Positions 28,795 through 38,405 are shown, numbered from the stretch's first letter. The stretch is 64,000 nucleotides of DNA from an uncultured Duodenibacillus sp. (GCA_944388865.1 CALXKM010000021.1:5482-69481); one strand, 5' to 3'. Notes: generated by a model from the letters alone, not told the origin. Made by a program: numbers and translations.

Positions 28795-30216
28795 ATGCAA
28801 AGTCAGCTTTCCACGCAGAAGCAACATGCGCAAAGCTCTGCAACGTTTGAATCCGGCGCTTTGGTCATGCGCGAAAAATTGCGCTCGCATGCCGCTGAGG
28901 CCTATTACGCCAACGCAAAAGATCCGCTGCATGCTGCATTTCAAGCCAAGGCAGTCATTCATTCCGGTCCTAAGGACATGCCGGTGATGGGTGTGGAGGC
29001 AAGAAGCGCTTTTGATGCGCTTGCAAATGAACCGCGCTCGGGAAAATGTCTGGCCTACATCCATGTGCCGTTTTGCGAGACGCGCTGCCTATATTGCCTT
29101 TTTTACCAAAACCCTTACAAGCCTGAAGAGTCAAGTGCGTTTGCCTCGCGCCTTATCCGAGAGCTTGAGCTCACCAGCAAAAAAATCTCGCAAAGCTGCG
29201 CTCCCGTGCATGCGGTCTACTTCGGGGGAGGCACGCCGACGGCATTGGAAGCAGACGACTTAAAGCGCATATTGAAGGCCTTGCCTAAATATCTGCCCTT
29301 GGCCAACGACTGCGAAATCACGATTGAGGGCCGCATTCACAACTTCACCGACGAGAAGATGGAGGCTGCGCTCGAAGGCGGAGCCAACCGATTCTCGCTT
29401 GGCATTCAAAGCTTCAACAGCAAGGTGCGTCAGTCCGTGATGCGCGTTGATGATCGAGACACGCTTATTGCCAGACTTGAAAAACTCATTTCTTATGACA
29501 ATGCAGCCGTTGTGATGGATCTCATCTACGGCTTTCCCGGACAGAGTCTTGAGGTTTGGGAAGATGACCTCAAAACGGCCGCAAGCCTGGCTCTTGACGG
29601 CGTGGACTGCTATCAGCTCAACGTGTTTGAAAAGTCGCCCTTGGCCAAATACATCGCCAACGGCAAGCTGCCCGCAGCGGCCGACTCAGCCATGAAGGCC
29701 GACATGTTTGCCATGTCGGTTGAGCACTTTACCAATGCGCAGTGGCGCAGGCTCTCCAACAACCACTGGGGGCGCACAACGCGCGAGCGCAACATATACA
29801 ACGCGCTTGGCAAAAGCGCCTGCGATTGTCTGGCCTTTGGATGCGGCGCAGGCGGGCGCTTAAAGGGCCACAGCTTCATGCTTGAGCGAAAGCTTTCAGA
29901 CTGGGAAGCGCTCATTGATGCCGGGCAAAAGCCTGTGTGGGTTCTCACGCGGCCGGGGCCGCACTGGTACATGCTGCGCACCGTCAGCGCGGCCATGGAG
30001 TCGGGGGCGGCCAATCTCGCTTCAATTGGCCGCGAGTACGGCCTGCCGGTCGATGACATCACGCGTCCCGTGACCGATCAGTGGATCGAAGCCGGGCTTC
30101 TTGTGCGCACTGGCGAGTGGCTTGTGCAGACCGTGGCAGGTCAGTACTGGCACGTGACGCTCGCGCAGCTTTTGATTGATTTTCTTTCCCGGCGCTTGGT
30201 CAAAGAAGAGGCATAA
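28795..30216 (+). CDS. chuW: Radical SAM HemN-like protein, probable anaerobic haem-degrading methyltransferase ChuW/HutW
   Basis: CxxxCxxC radical SAM motif in YIHVPFCETRCLYCLFYQ. HemN-like body of 473 aa. It is the first gene of a locus that also encodes a haem-type TonB receptor and ChuX/HutX. Confidence 0.8.
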   Translation: MQSQLSTQKQHAQSSATFESGALVMREKLRSHAAEAYYANAKDPLHAAFQAKAVIHSGPKDMPVMGVEARSAFDALANEPRSGKCLAYIHVPFCETRCLYCLFYQNPYKPEESSAFASRLIRELELTSKKISQSCAPVHAVYFGGGTPTALEADDLKRILKALPKYLPLANDCEITIEGRIHNFTDEKMEAALEGGANRFSLGIQSFNSKVRQSVMRVDDRDTLIARLEKLISYDNAAVVMDLIYGFPGQSLEVWEDDLKTAASLALDGVDCYQLNVFEKSPLAKYIANGKLPAAADSAMKADMFAMSVEHFTNAQWRRLSNNHWGRTTRERNIYNALGKSACDCLAFGCGAGGRLKGHSFMLERKLSDWEALIDAGQKPVWVLTRPGPHWYMLRTVSAAMESGAANLASIGREYGLPVDDITRPVTDQWIEAGLLVRTGEWLVQTVAGQYWHVTLAQLLIDFLSRRLVKEEA

Positions 30217-30368
30217 GAGGCGAAATTTTTCATATTGCTTTCAAAGAGCAGTTTTTTCACACCCCTTCTTTTTGATCAACCGCAGGAGTTTGCAGCGACA
30301 GGCTTCTAAAACGAAGGTTCCAAACAAAGAGAACCAACCAGAGTCTGTCCTAAACCGAAGGAAGAAGC

Positions 30369-32489
30369 ATGCAATTTAATGAAGTCAAAATCGCGCTGGC
30401 CGTTTCTGCGGCACTTGCAAGCATCGTAGCGCAGGCGCAGGAATCGGTGACGACCGAAGAGGTTAGGGTGACGGCTAGCCGCGTTGAGCAGGAGCTTTTG
30501 GATGTCCCAATGTCGGTTTCTGTGATTGCCGAAGATGAAATTCGACATTCAAAGGCTAGAAACGTGGGCGAGCTTCTTGAAACTGTTCCCGGAGTCCGAA
30601 TTCTCAATGACGGCAGCCAGGGCATGAAGCGCGTCATGATTCGCGGCGAAGATTCTTTCCGGACGGTGGTGATGATTGACGGTCAGCGAATCTCTGAGCA
30701 TAAGTCGATGTCGGGCGCCCCCATTCTGATTGATCCTTCGATGATTGAGCGCATTGAAGTCATCAAGGGACCGGCCTCTGTGCTCTACGGTTCAGACGCC
30801 ATTGGCGGCGCAATCAACATCATTACGAAAAAAGGAGGAGGAGACAAATTTAATGCGGAAGTCTCCGCGGGCTTTAACTCCTCGGCAAGCGGCAAGAGCG
30901 CAGCGGCTTCCATTTACGGCAGCATCGGAAAACTGGACTATCGCTTGTCGGCTGCCGTAGAGGACAGCGAAGAGCTCGAAACGCCCTACGGAAAAGTGCC
31001 TTACACGGCATTTTCTTCCAAATCGGCGTCACTGTACTTGGCCTACAACCTGACCGAAAACACAAAAGTAGGCGTGACGGCCGATACGTATGATCTGGAC
31101 TTTATGTCCGGCGTACAGGACGATTCCTATTCTGATTTTTTTGTTGATGTGCCCAAGTGGCATCGCACGAAAGGGGCCCTTTTTCTGGAGTCGAAGAATT
31201 TGACGGAAAATCTGGTGCGTCTGCGAGCTGATGCTTTTTATCAGCAAAGCAACAAGGACATGCACAACCGCGTCTACGTGTATGTCAAGCCGGTGGCTGC
31301 CATGCCTTTTCCCATGGTTGATCAAAAAATGGACAACTATGCTGAAAATGAGCTGGCTCAGACCGGTTTTTCGCTGCAGACCGACTGGCAGCTGGGCGAC
31401 AACCATTATCTGATTGCCGGCTATGAGTTTTTGTACGACGATTTGAAGAAGGCTTTTTCGCTTTACCACAGCAAAACGTTTTCCCTCATGAACGGGATGG
31501 GCTATTCCTGGACGACGCATGCAGAAGATCACGAGGGCTTTCAGCAGATGCACTCCCTGTATCTGGCCATGGACAGCACCCTCACCGATTCCGTGACATT
31601 AAACTACGGCGTTCGCTACACCTGGGTGCGCTCGGAGGTGAGTTCTGCCGACGGCGAATCAGTTTCCACCGGCACCTATCCTGTTTTGCCCGCACAGCCC
31701 GCCTCGCCCGTCTTGGGAGAATCGAGCACGCTTGATTCGAGCGACAGTCGCCCTGTCTTTAATTTCGGCGTCAACTGGCGTCCTTACGACAATATGGCGC
31801 TGAGGGCCACCTGGGCGCAGGGCTTTCGCGTTCCCAATCTGATGGAGCGCTATATCCCGACATCCATGGGTGGAGGGCAAGTTTTAGCCAATCCCAACCT
31901 TGATCCCGAAACTTCAAATAATTTTGAGATCGGGCTTCGCCTGACTCCTAAAAACATCAATTTGGATCTTGCCGTGTTCTATAGCGACGCCAACGACTAC
32001 ATCTCTTCGTTTGAAGTGGCCGACGGCATTTATCAAAACAGAAACGTCTCAGGGGCAAAGACATACGGCGTCGAACTGTCAGCAAGTTATCACTTTGACA
32101 ACGGTTTTGAACCCTATGTCACGGGAACATACATTCGTCGCAAATTTGAACAGGACGGCGTTTCGACATACGACTCCGGCACGCCCGAAATTTTTGGGCG
32201 TTGGGGCGTACGTTGGGGAGGATCGCTGGCCGGGCTTGATTTGAGGGCAGATGCTTATGCCGTCACTCAGAGTGCGACAAAACAGTTCCAGTTTGATGAA
32301 GACGGCACGACAACCGAGTACGGCGGTTCAACGTACTACAACTTGACGATGGGCGTCGGCTTTGGGCCTAAGAATGCCTACAGCATTGATGTCGGCTTGT
32401 ACAACATTACCGACAAGGCCTACAAAACAAGCGATGCGATTTATGAGCCGGGGCGCTATTTCATGGTCAAGGCGAGCGCAAGGTATTAA
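30369..32489 (+). CDS. TonB-dependent outer-membrane receptor, haem/haemoprotein type
   Basis: Signal peptide MQFNEVKIALAVSAALASIVAQA, TonB-box-like EEVRVTASR, and a plug domain (IEVIKGPASVLYGSDAIGGAINIITK). FRAP/NPNL-like boxes: FRVP (31824-31835) and NPNL (31890-31901). Aromatic C-terminus ...ASARY. Confidence 0.9.
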   Translation: MQFNEVKIALAVSAALASIVAQAQESVTTEEVRVTASRVEQELLDVPMSVSVIAEDEIRHSKARNVGELLETVPGVRILNDGSQGMKRVMIRGEDSFRTVVMIDGQRISEHKSMSGAPILIDPSMIERIEVIKGPASVLYGSDAIGGAINIITKKGGGDKFNAEVSAGFNSSASGKSAAASIYGSIGKLDYRLSAAVEDSEELETPYGKVPYTAFSSKSASLYLAYNLTENTKVGVTADTYDLDFMSGVQDDSYSDFFVDVPKWHRTKGALFLESKNLTENLVRLRADAFYQQSNKDMHNRVYVYVKPVAAMPFPMVDQKMDNYAENELAQTGFSLQTDWQLGDNHYLIAGYEFLYDDLKKAFSLYHSKTFSLMNGMGYSWTTHAEDHEGFQQMHSLYLAMDSTLTDSVTLNYGVRYTWVRSEVSSADGESVSTGTYPVLPAQPASPVLGESSTLDSSDSRPVFNFGVNWRPYDNMALRATWAQGFRVPNLMERYIPTSMGGGQVLANPNLDPETSNNFEIGLRLTPKNINLDLAVFYSDANDYISSFEVADGIYQNRNVSGAKTYGVELSASYHFDNGFEPYVTGTYIRRKFEQDGVSTYDSGTPEIFGRWGVRWGGSLAGLDLRADAYAVTQSATKQFQFDEDGTTTEYGGSTYYNLTMGVGFGPKNAYSIDVGLYNITDKAYKTSDAIYEPGRYFMVKASARY

Positions 32490-32574
32490 AGCAAACGCCT
32501 GAGCCGGCGAGAAGACTTCAAAGAGGGTGTTTCTTCAAGAAGCTTCTCGCCGGGGCAATGAAGTAGCAAAGAGC

Positions 32575-33120
32575 ATGAACAATATGTTGAAAACACGACA
32601 CTGGTACGCCCGCGAGCTTGTTTTGATCGGCGTTTTTGCCGCCGCAGCCAAGCTCTCGAGCCTTTTGATCGCACTGGCGGGCGGCGGCATGAACCCGGTG
32701 AGCCTCATTGCAAAGAACCTGGTGTACACGACGCTTGTGATCGTGCTGCTCACTAAGGTGCCTAAGCCCGGCACACTGCTTCTGTTTACGCTCATCAGCA
32801 TGATCGTGAGCATTTGCCTGCTGGGCGGAAGCCTAACTTTGCTGCCGGCAGCTTTTGCGGGTGCGATGGCGGGAGAAATCTTCATGTGGCTTGCGGGCGG
32901 AACCAAGCGTCTCTGGGCTCCCTGGGTCGGCGTTGCGGTCTACGACCTTGTGAGCAAAGGGCTTTCGCTCATTGTTTCGTATCTATTTATGCGCGAGTCA
33001 CCGGCATTGATGACGGTGGTGGTGCCCATTGTGCTTTGCGGCTATGCGGGTTCTCTCGGAGGGCTTTGGTTTGCCGTCAAAACGGTAGGAGAGTTAAGAC
33101 ATGCGGGCTTTGTTCGCTAA
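32575..33120 (+). CDS. Small polytopic membrane protein, putative ECF transporter S (substrate-capture) component
   Basis: About 181 aa and 5-6 hydrophobic helices. It overlaps the EcfT-like gene start by 20 nt. The size and topology fit S components. The family assignment (MptD/Trep_Strep-like) is a guess. Confidence 0.6.
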   Translation: MNNMLKTRHWYARELVLIGVFAAAAKLSSLLIALAGGGMNPVSLIAKNLVYTTLVIVLLTKVPKPGTLLLFTLISMIVSICLLGGSLTLLPAAFAGAMAGEIFMWLAGGTKRLWAPWVGVAVYDLVSKGLSLIVSYLFMRESPALMTVVVPIVLCGYAGSLGGLWFAVKTVGELRHAGFVR

Positions 33121-33889
33121 GGGGGCGGCGGCTTCGTGCCTTTTGAGGTTTCTCGATGTGCGCACCAAAATCGTCGTCATTGCAGCAACTGCGGTTGCGA
33201 CTCTGGCTGCCTCAGGGCTTGCGGCGCAGCTGGTGCTTTTTGCGGCAACGCTTGTCTATGCTTTGTTTTTAAAGCGCGCAAAGCTTTTGGCCGTTCTCTA
33301 TGCGCTGATGGCCGCCATGATGGCCATTGCCGCCGTCTGCGCCTGGGGACTTCAGACGTGGCTGCCGCAGATGGGAGAGCTCAACATTCATGCGCTTGTG
33401 ATTCCTTTTTTGCGCGGACTTTCTATGATGAACGCGGTCATCGTGCTGGCGATGACGACGCGCGTCGAGGATCTGCTTTCAACTTTGGAGCGCATGCGGC
33501 TGCCGTTTTGCATCTTTCTGCCCACGGCCGTGATGCTTCGCTTTGTGCCCACGTTTGCCAATGACATCAAGCAGGTGTGGGAGACGCTTCGCATCAAGGG
33601 CTGGCCGCTGGGGCCTGCGATGTTTACGCGGCATCCCATTTTGTCTGCGCGCTTGATTTTGGCTCCCATTCTTTTTCGCGCCTTAAAGAGTTCCGAGACG
33701 CTTGGCGTTGCAGCCGAACTCAAAGGCATGGGCTCGCGCGAGAGAACCGTGCTCGTTGACGCCAAAACGATGACAAGTCTTGATGCGCGCGTGTACTCCG
33801 TGCTGCTTTTGACGCTTGTTTTCGTCGCTGCAGCCGAAGTGCTTCTCGCCGACTTGTGGATGCCGACGGGCTCACAGCTGATGCCCTAA
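33101..33889 (+). CDS. ECF transporter transmembrane (T) component, EcfT/CbiQ family
   Basis: 262 aa, multi-TM, with a CbiQ-like layout and C-terminal coupling-helix region ...ILFRALKSSETLGVAAELKGMGSRE. RBS aggagag precedes ATG 33101. Confidence 0.8.
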   Translation: MRALFAKGAAASCLLRFLDVRTKIVVIAATAVATLAASGLAAQLVLFAATLVYALFLKRAKLLAVLYALMAAMMAIAAVCAWGLQTWLPQMGELNIHALVIPFLRGLSMMNAVIVLAMTTRVEDLLSTLERMRLPFCIFLPTAVMLRFVPTFANDIKQVWETLRIKGWPLGPAMFTRHPILSARLILAPILFRALKSSETLGVAAELKGMGSRERTVLVDAKTMTSLDARVYSVLLLTLVFVAAAEVLLADLWMPTGSQLMP

Positions 33890-33903
33890 AAAGGAGCTTT
33901 GAC

Positions 33904-35394
33904 GTGAAGCCGGAAATCAAGTTTGAAAACGTCTCCTACACCTACGCCAATCAGAAGCACCCTGCCTTGCAGAACGTTTCGCTCACGGTGACCGCAGGCG
34001 AACTCAAGGTCGTCACTGGCGCTTCTGGGTGCGGCAAAACAACGCTCATGCGGTTGGCCAACGGCTTGTGCCCGCAAATTTACGGAGGTGCTGTTAAGGG
34101 ACGCGTGACGGTCTCGGGGCTTGATGTCTCGCACACGCCAGTTGCCGAGCTCTCTGAAGTGATCGGCACGCTTTTTCAGGATCCCGAAGAGCAGTTTTTT
34201 GCCTTAAGCGTGGGAGACGAAATTGCTTTTGCCTTAAGAAGCCGCGGCGTGCCGGCCCCGGAAGTCATCGAGCGCACAAGACGAGCTGCAGATAGGCTTG
34301 CCATCGGCCATCTGCTCGGTCAAGACATTCATGCGTTGTCTGAAGGACAAAAGCAAAAGGTGGGGCTCGCGGCCATTTTGGCCTTGGGGCCTAAGGTGCT
34401 TATTTTTGACGAGCCAAGCGCCAATCTCGATCCCGAGTCCACAGAGGCGCTTGCGTTCACGATGGCTGAACTCAAGCGCGAGGGCGCTGCCATTTTGGTG
34501 GTCGACCACAGACTGTACTGGCTTAAAAACGTTGCCGACAGCGTTTGCGTGATGTCGCGCGGGAAAATCGTCTTTGAGCGCGAATTTTCCGTCTTGAATA
34601 ATGCCGAGCTGAGAAAAGCCTGGGGACTGCGCCAGGCCGAAGTGCCCGACATGCGTCGGGTGCTGCCGCGGGTTAGGACGGCCGTGGGCAAGAATGTGCA
34701 AAGCGAGCGCACCTTTTTCAGCGCGCAGCGCATGAGCTTTGCCTATGACGAAAATCATCAGATTTTTAAGTTGGCAAGCTTTTGCATCGAACCCGGCGTG
34801 ACGGCTTTGATCGGCGACAACGGAACGGGCAAGACGACGCTTGCGCGCATTTTGACGGGACTAAATCAGGCACAGGGCGACTTTTTTATCAAAGGCCGCA
34901 AAGTTGGGCGCGACGGCCTGATGCCGCACGCGGGCCTTGTGCTTCAAAACGCTGATCACCAGCTGCAGATGCGCACGGTTCAGGAAGAGGTGCAAAGCGC
35001 CTGCGCCGCGGGAGAGCTTCTCAAACATGGACGTTTTGAACTGTGGAGGCGCTCGCTTGGCGCAAAAGATTTTGCGCACTACCGCGAAAAAGTCGACGAG
35101 ATTCTTGCCCGACTGCGGCTGTCGCACTTAGCAGAGCGCCATCCGCAGAGTCTTTCGGGCGGGGAAAAGCAGCGCGTCGTGATTGCCTGCGCAATTGCCA
35201 AGAACCCGGCAGTTCTTATTCTTGATGAGCCCACAAGCGGCCTTGACGGGGCAAACATGGCAGCCATTGCAGAGCTTTTAAAAAATCAAGCGCAAAAAGG
35301 CACGGCTGTTTTTCTGATTACGCACGATCTGGAACTGATGCAGATCTGCGATTGGGCGATTGACATGAAGTCGCTTCAATCAAGCGCGGCTTGA
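33904..35394 (+). CDS. ECF/ABC transporter ATP-binding protein with two fused ATPase domains (EcfA1-EcfA2-like)
   Basis: Two Walker A motifs (GASGCGKTT, GDNGTGKTT), signatures LSEGQKQKV and LSGGEKQRV, and Walker B motifs LIFDEPSANLD and LILDEPTSGLD. The likely start is GTG 33904, behind aaggag. The track ORF starts at 33856. Confidence 0.9.
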   Translation: MKPEIKFENVSYTYANQKHPALQNVSLTVTAGELKVVTGASGCGKTTLMRLANGLCPQIYGGAVKGRVTVSGLDVSHTPVAELSEVIGTLFQDPEEQFFALSVGDEIAFALRSRGVPAPEVIERTRRAADRLAIGHLLGQDIHALSEGQKQKVGLAAILALGPKVLIFDEPSANLDPESTEALAFTMAELKREGAAILVVDHRLYWLKNVADSVCVMSRGKIVFEREFSVLNNAELRKAWGLRQAEVPDMRRVLPRVRTAVGKNVQSERTFFSAQRMSFAYDENHQIFKLASFCIEPGVTALIGDNGTGKTTLARILTGLNQAQGDFFIKGRKVGRDGLMPHAGLVLQNADHQLQMRTVQEEVQSACAAGELLKHGRFELWRRSLGAKDFAHYREKVDEILARLRLSHLAERHPQSLSGGEKQRVVIACAIAKNPAVLILDEPTSGLDGANMAAIAELLKNQAQKGTAVFLITHDLELMQICDWAIDMKSLQSSAA

Positions 35395-35428
35395 GAAAAG
35401 ATTTTTTCAACATCAAAGGACAAACAAT

Positions 35429-35965
35429 ATGCAGCACACCACTGCAACGGCTCAGGAAGAGCAAAAGATTCAAGAACTGATGAAAGCGCCTTTTCCGGTG
35501 ACGCTCTCAACGGTGGCCAAAGCTCTGCAGACGACCGAACTTGAGGCTGCGGCCAAGATGCCCGAAGGCGTCGTTAGTTTCGTGAGCGGCAACGTTGCCG
35601 AGCGGTTCGATGAAATTTGGGCAGAACTCGCTCAATGGGAAAAGGCGACGCTTTTCATCGTGCACGACGGCCACGTCTTTGAGATTCAGGGAAAGCTCCA
35701 CACGGGCAAGCGCGCAAGAGGCTACTACAACATCCTTGCCAAGGATGCCGTCATCGGCGGACACCTTCGCTATGAGGGCATCGCGGCGTGCGCTTTTACA
35801 AACTTTCCCTTCATGGGGCGCGAGTCGCTAGCCGTGCAGTTTTTCAATCAGGCGGGTGAAGTGAGTTTTTCGGTGTATGTTGGACGCGAAAATCATCAAT
35901 TGATCGAATCTGTGCGCGAAGCGTTTTTTGCTGCGCAAAGCCGCTTTTGCAGCAAGCTTGAATAA
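35429..35965 (+). CDS. chuX: Haem utilisation cytosolic carrier protein ChuX/HutX family
   Basis: 178 aa. The length, the pattern ...WEKATLFIVHDGHVFEIQGKL..G....GYYNI...GHL and the locus context all fit ChuX/HutX. Confidence 0.85.
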   Translation: MQHTTATAQEEQKIQELMKAPFPVTLSTVAKALQTTELEAAAKMPEGVVSFVSGNVAERFDEIWAELAQWEKATLFIVHDGHVFEIQGKLHTGKRARGYYNILAKDAVIGGHLRYEGIAACAFTNFPFMGRESLAVQFFNQAGEVSFSVYVGRENHQLIESVREAFFAAQSRFCSKLE

Positions 35966-35977
35966 GGAGAAAAAGTG

Positions 35978-36478
35978 ATGAAAACGTTGATTGTGGTGAG
36001 TTCCAAAACTGGAAATACATTGCTTTTGGCCCATGGCATCTGCGATGCCTTAAAGGATTGCGACTTGGTTGAGGCCTCTTCAGTTCCCGAAGATCTCTCT
36101 GAGTACGGCGCTGTGCTTCTTGGCTTTTGGTGTGATCGCGGCATGGCTCCCGAGGACATGCAAAAAGCCGCGCGCGGCATTCATGGAAAGCGCATCGGGT
36201 GCTTTGCCACCATTGGCGGCGATCCGCAGTCAGATTGGGCGCGCAAGTGGATGGATAAGACGTCTCAAGAGCTTGCCGCATTGGGCGAAGGCAATACGCT
36301 TGAGGCAACCTTCATGTGCCGTGGGCGCATTGATCCTGCCGTTTTCGAGATGATGACCAAGATGGCCGGCGGCACCGTGACGCCCGAGCGTGAGGCTCGC
36401 CGACAGGCAAGCGAAACGCATCCTGACCGAATGGACGTGCTGCGTGCGGCAGAAGTATTCGGCCGGATGCTGGGATAA
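35978..36478 (+). CDS. Flavodoxin-family protein
   Basis: MKTLIVVSSKTGNT is the FMN phosphate-binding loop (S/T-x-T-G-x-T). About 166 aa. GTG 35975 is an alternative start. Confidence 0.85.
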   Translation: MKTLIVVSSKTGNTLLLAHGICDALKDCDLVEASSVPEDLSEYGAVLLGFWCDRGMAPEDMQKAARGIHGKRIGCFATIGGDPQSDWARKWMDKTSQELAALGEGNTLEATFMCRGRIDPAVFEMMTKMAGGTVTPEREARRQASETHPDRMDVLRAAEVFGRMLG

Positions 36479-36506
36479 AAACGATCGGTTGCGGAGGAAA
36501 GAGAAA

Positions 36507-37169
36507 ATGCAATTTTCTGCCGAGCGTTTTTCCTACATCTACTCGATGATTGGTCCTGCGGGCGTCGCGCTCGTCTTCGTCGCTCTTTTTGCTGTTTATA
36601 TCGCCGTCTGGCAGCTTTTGTACATGTCGGCCGTCTGGCGCAACTTTCGCAGAGACTTTCTTGACTTGGAGCGAGGCAGCGACAGGTGTCTGAAGGATAT
36701 TGATCCTAAACGGGCCAACCCGCTCATTCGCATCATCTACGAGATCGTCAAGACGCACGGCTCGCACTCTGACGACATTCGAGCGGAGGTTGGCTACCTC
36801 TTTCACCGCAACTTCAAGCGCGTCACGAACGGCCTTTGCTGGCTCAAGCTCATATCGGTCATTTCGCCTCTTTTGGGGCTGCTTGGAACCGTGTGGGGGA
36901 TGGTTGACGTGTTTCAGAGCTTGGCCGACATCACGCGCGCCAACGCATCGCTTCTGGCCTCAGGCATCTGGTCAGCGCTTTTGACGACCATCATGGGCTT
37001 GACGATCGCCATACCGACGTTGATGAGCTACTACTACCTGATGCTCAAATTCAGGGGTTTTCACATTGAGGCCATTGAGCACAGCTACCGTGCTCTGGAA
37101 GTGTGCCGCGGCATGGGACCCTTAAAGCGCAGCCCTGCCGTCAAGGCGCATGACACGGATTTGATTTAG
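36507..37169 (+). CDS. exbB: MotA/TolQ/ExbB proton-channel protein ExbB
   Basis: Starting from ATG 36507 (behind ggagga), it has three TM segments. Conserved C-terminal region LGLLGTVWGMV..F......A....LASGIWSALLTTIMGLTIAIP. Confidence 0.9.
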   Translation: MQFSAERFSYIYSMIGPAGVALVFVALFAVYIAVWQLLYMSAVWRNFRRDFLDLERGSDRCLKDIDPKRANPLIRIIYEIVKTHGSHSDDIRAEVGYLFHRNFKRVTNGLCWLKLISVISPLLGLLGTVWGMVDVFQSLADITRANASLLASGIWSALLTTIMGLTIAIPTLMSYYYLMLKFRGFHIEAIEHSYRALEVCRGMGPLKRSPAVKAHDTDLI

Positions 37170-37186
37170 GCGCAAAGGAAACTGCG

Positions 37187-37618
37187 ATGGACAGCAATTT
37201 TTTCGGTAATTTTGATGAAGAGCCGCAGATTGATCTCACGCCTTTGATCGACTGTCTATTCATGCTCATCATTTTTTTTGTGCTGACGATGACGTTTTCT
37301 CGTCCCGTGCTGGAGATTGTTTTGCCTGAAGCCGTGCATGCCGAAGCAAGCGGGAAAAGAGACGAGATTCTTTTAAACGTCAAGTCCGACGGCACGTTTT
37401 GGCTTGATCAAGAGCGTCAGGTGACGCTTGTAGAGTTGGCCTCAGAGCTTGATGCCAATCCGCAGAAGCTTCTTAACATCTACATGGACAAAGAGGCCGA
37501 TTTTGGGGTTTTCGTTTCAGTGCTTGATTTGGCCAAAGACAAGCGCGAAGGCCGCTTTGTGATCAGCACCAAGCAAGAAGATGTTGCAGAAAATGCCCAA
37601 GAAAGCTCCCAAAATTAA
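37187..37618 (+). CDS. exbD: Biopolymer transport protein ExbD
   Basis: Characteristic N-terminus ...PQIDLTPLIDCLFMLIIFFVLT. 143 aa. Follows exbB. Confidence 0.9.
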   Translation: MDSNFFGNFDEEPQIDLTPLIDCLFMLIIFFVLTMTFSRPVLEIVLPEAVHAEASGKRDEILLNVKSDGTFWLDQERQVTLVELASELDANPQKLLNIYMDKEADFGVFVSVLDLAKDKREGRFVISTKQEDVAENAQESSQN

Positions 37619-38405
37619 CGCCCAGCGCGAAGCGCTAGCGGCGGCTCGAGGGGCTCGCGGCGTGCTCGCCGCATTTGCAGCAGCCTTGATTGCTGCCGTC
37701 GGTATGAACAGCGTTACGCAGGCCATTTCCGTGCCGAGCCTTCCGTCGGGCGTGATGCGCCAAAAAATCGTGGTGCCTCTCGTGGAAGAACCGCTGGCGG
37801 CGCAAAAGCCCAACGAAACGCTCATTGAATACACGGTCGCCAAAAGCGATTTTCAGATCGAAAAGAAAATTGCTGAGCCTGTCATTGAGTCAAAGCCGGA
37901 ACCCAAACTTGAGCCTAAGCCCGTTCCTAAGCCGAAGGTGCGCCCCAAACCCGCGCCCAAGCCCAAGGCTCAGCCTAGGCCTCAGCCTCAGTCGGAGCCT
38001 AAAGCAGTCGTGCAAAAAGTAAATGAATCCCTGGCAAGCGAGGTCAAAAGCACGGGCTCAGATGCTGTCGGCGCTTCAGGCGGCGTCGGCCTTTCCGCTG
38101 GTTCCAATTTGGGGCGAGCAAAACAGGCTCGAGAAAGTGCTCTGGCCGTGATCGTCAACGTGATTGAGGCCAATAAAAGCTACCCGCGCAGGGCGCGGCA
38201 GACAGGCGTCGAAGGCAAGGTGCTGCTTACGGTCCGCATCGCAGCCGGAGGTTTGATCTCTTCCGTTGATGTTAAGAAAAAGCATCGCTCGGCGCTCTTA
38301 AACCGTGCAGCGGCAAGAGCGGCCAACAAGCTGTTGGGCATGCGCATTGAAGGTGCGCCGCAGATGACGGTGGATGTGCCGGTCGTGTTTTCCTTGCAGG
38401 ATTGA
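37581..38405 (+). CDS. tonB: Energy transducer TonB
   Basis: N-terminal anchor, then the Pro/Lys-rich spacer KPEPKLEPKPVPKPKVRPKPAPKPKAQPRPQPQSEP. The C-terminal TonB domain reads YPRRARQTGVEGKVLLTVRIAAGG. The start could be ATG 37581 or 37593. Confidence 0.88.
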   Translation: MLQKMPKKAPKINAQREALAAARGARGVLAAFAAALIAAVGMNSVTQAISVPSLPSGVMRQKIVVPLVEEPLAAQKPNETLIEYTVAKSDFQIEKKIAEPVIESKPEPKLEPKPVPKPKVRPKPAPKPKAQPRPQPQSEPKAVVQKVNESLASEVKSTGSDAVGASGGVGLSAGSNLGRAKQARESALAVIVNVIEANKSYPRRARQTGVEGKVLLTVRIAAGGLISSVDVKKKHRSALLNRAAARAANKLLGMRIEGAPQMTVDVPVVFSLQD

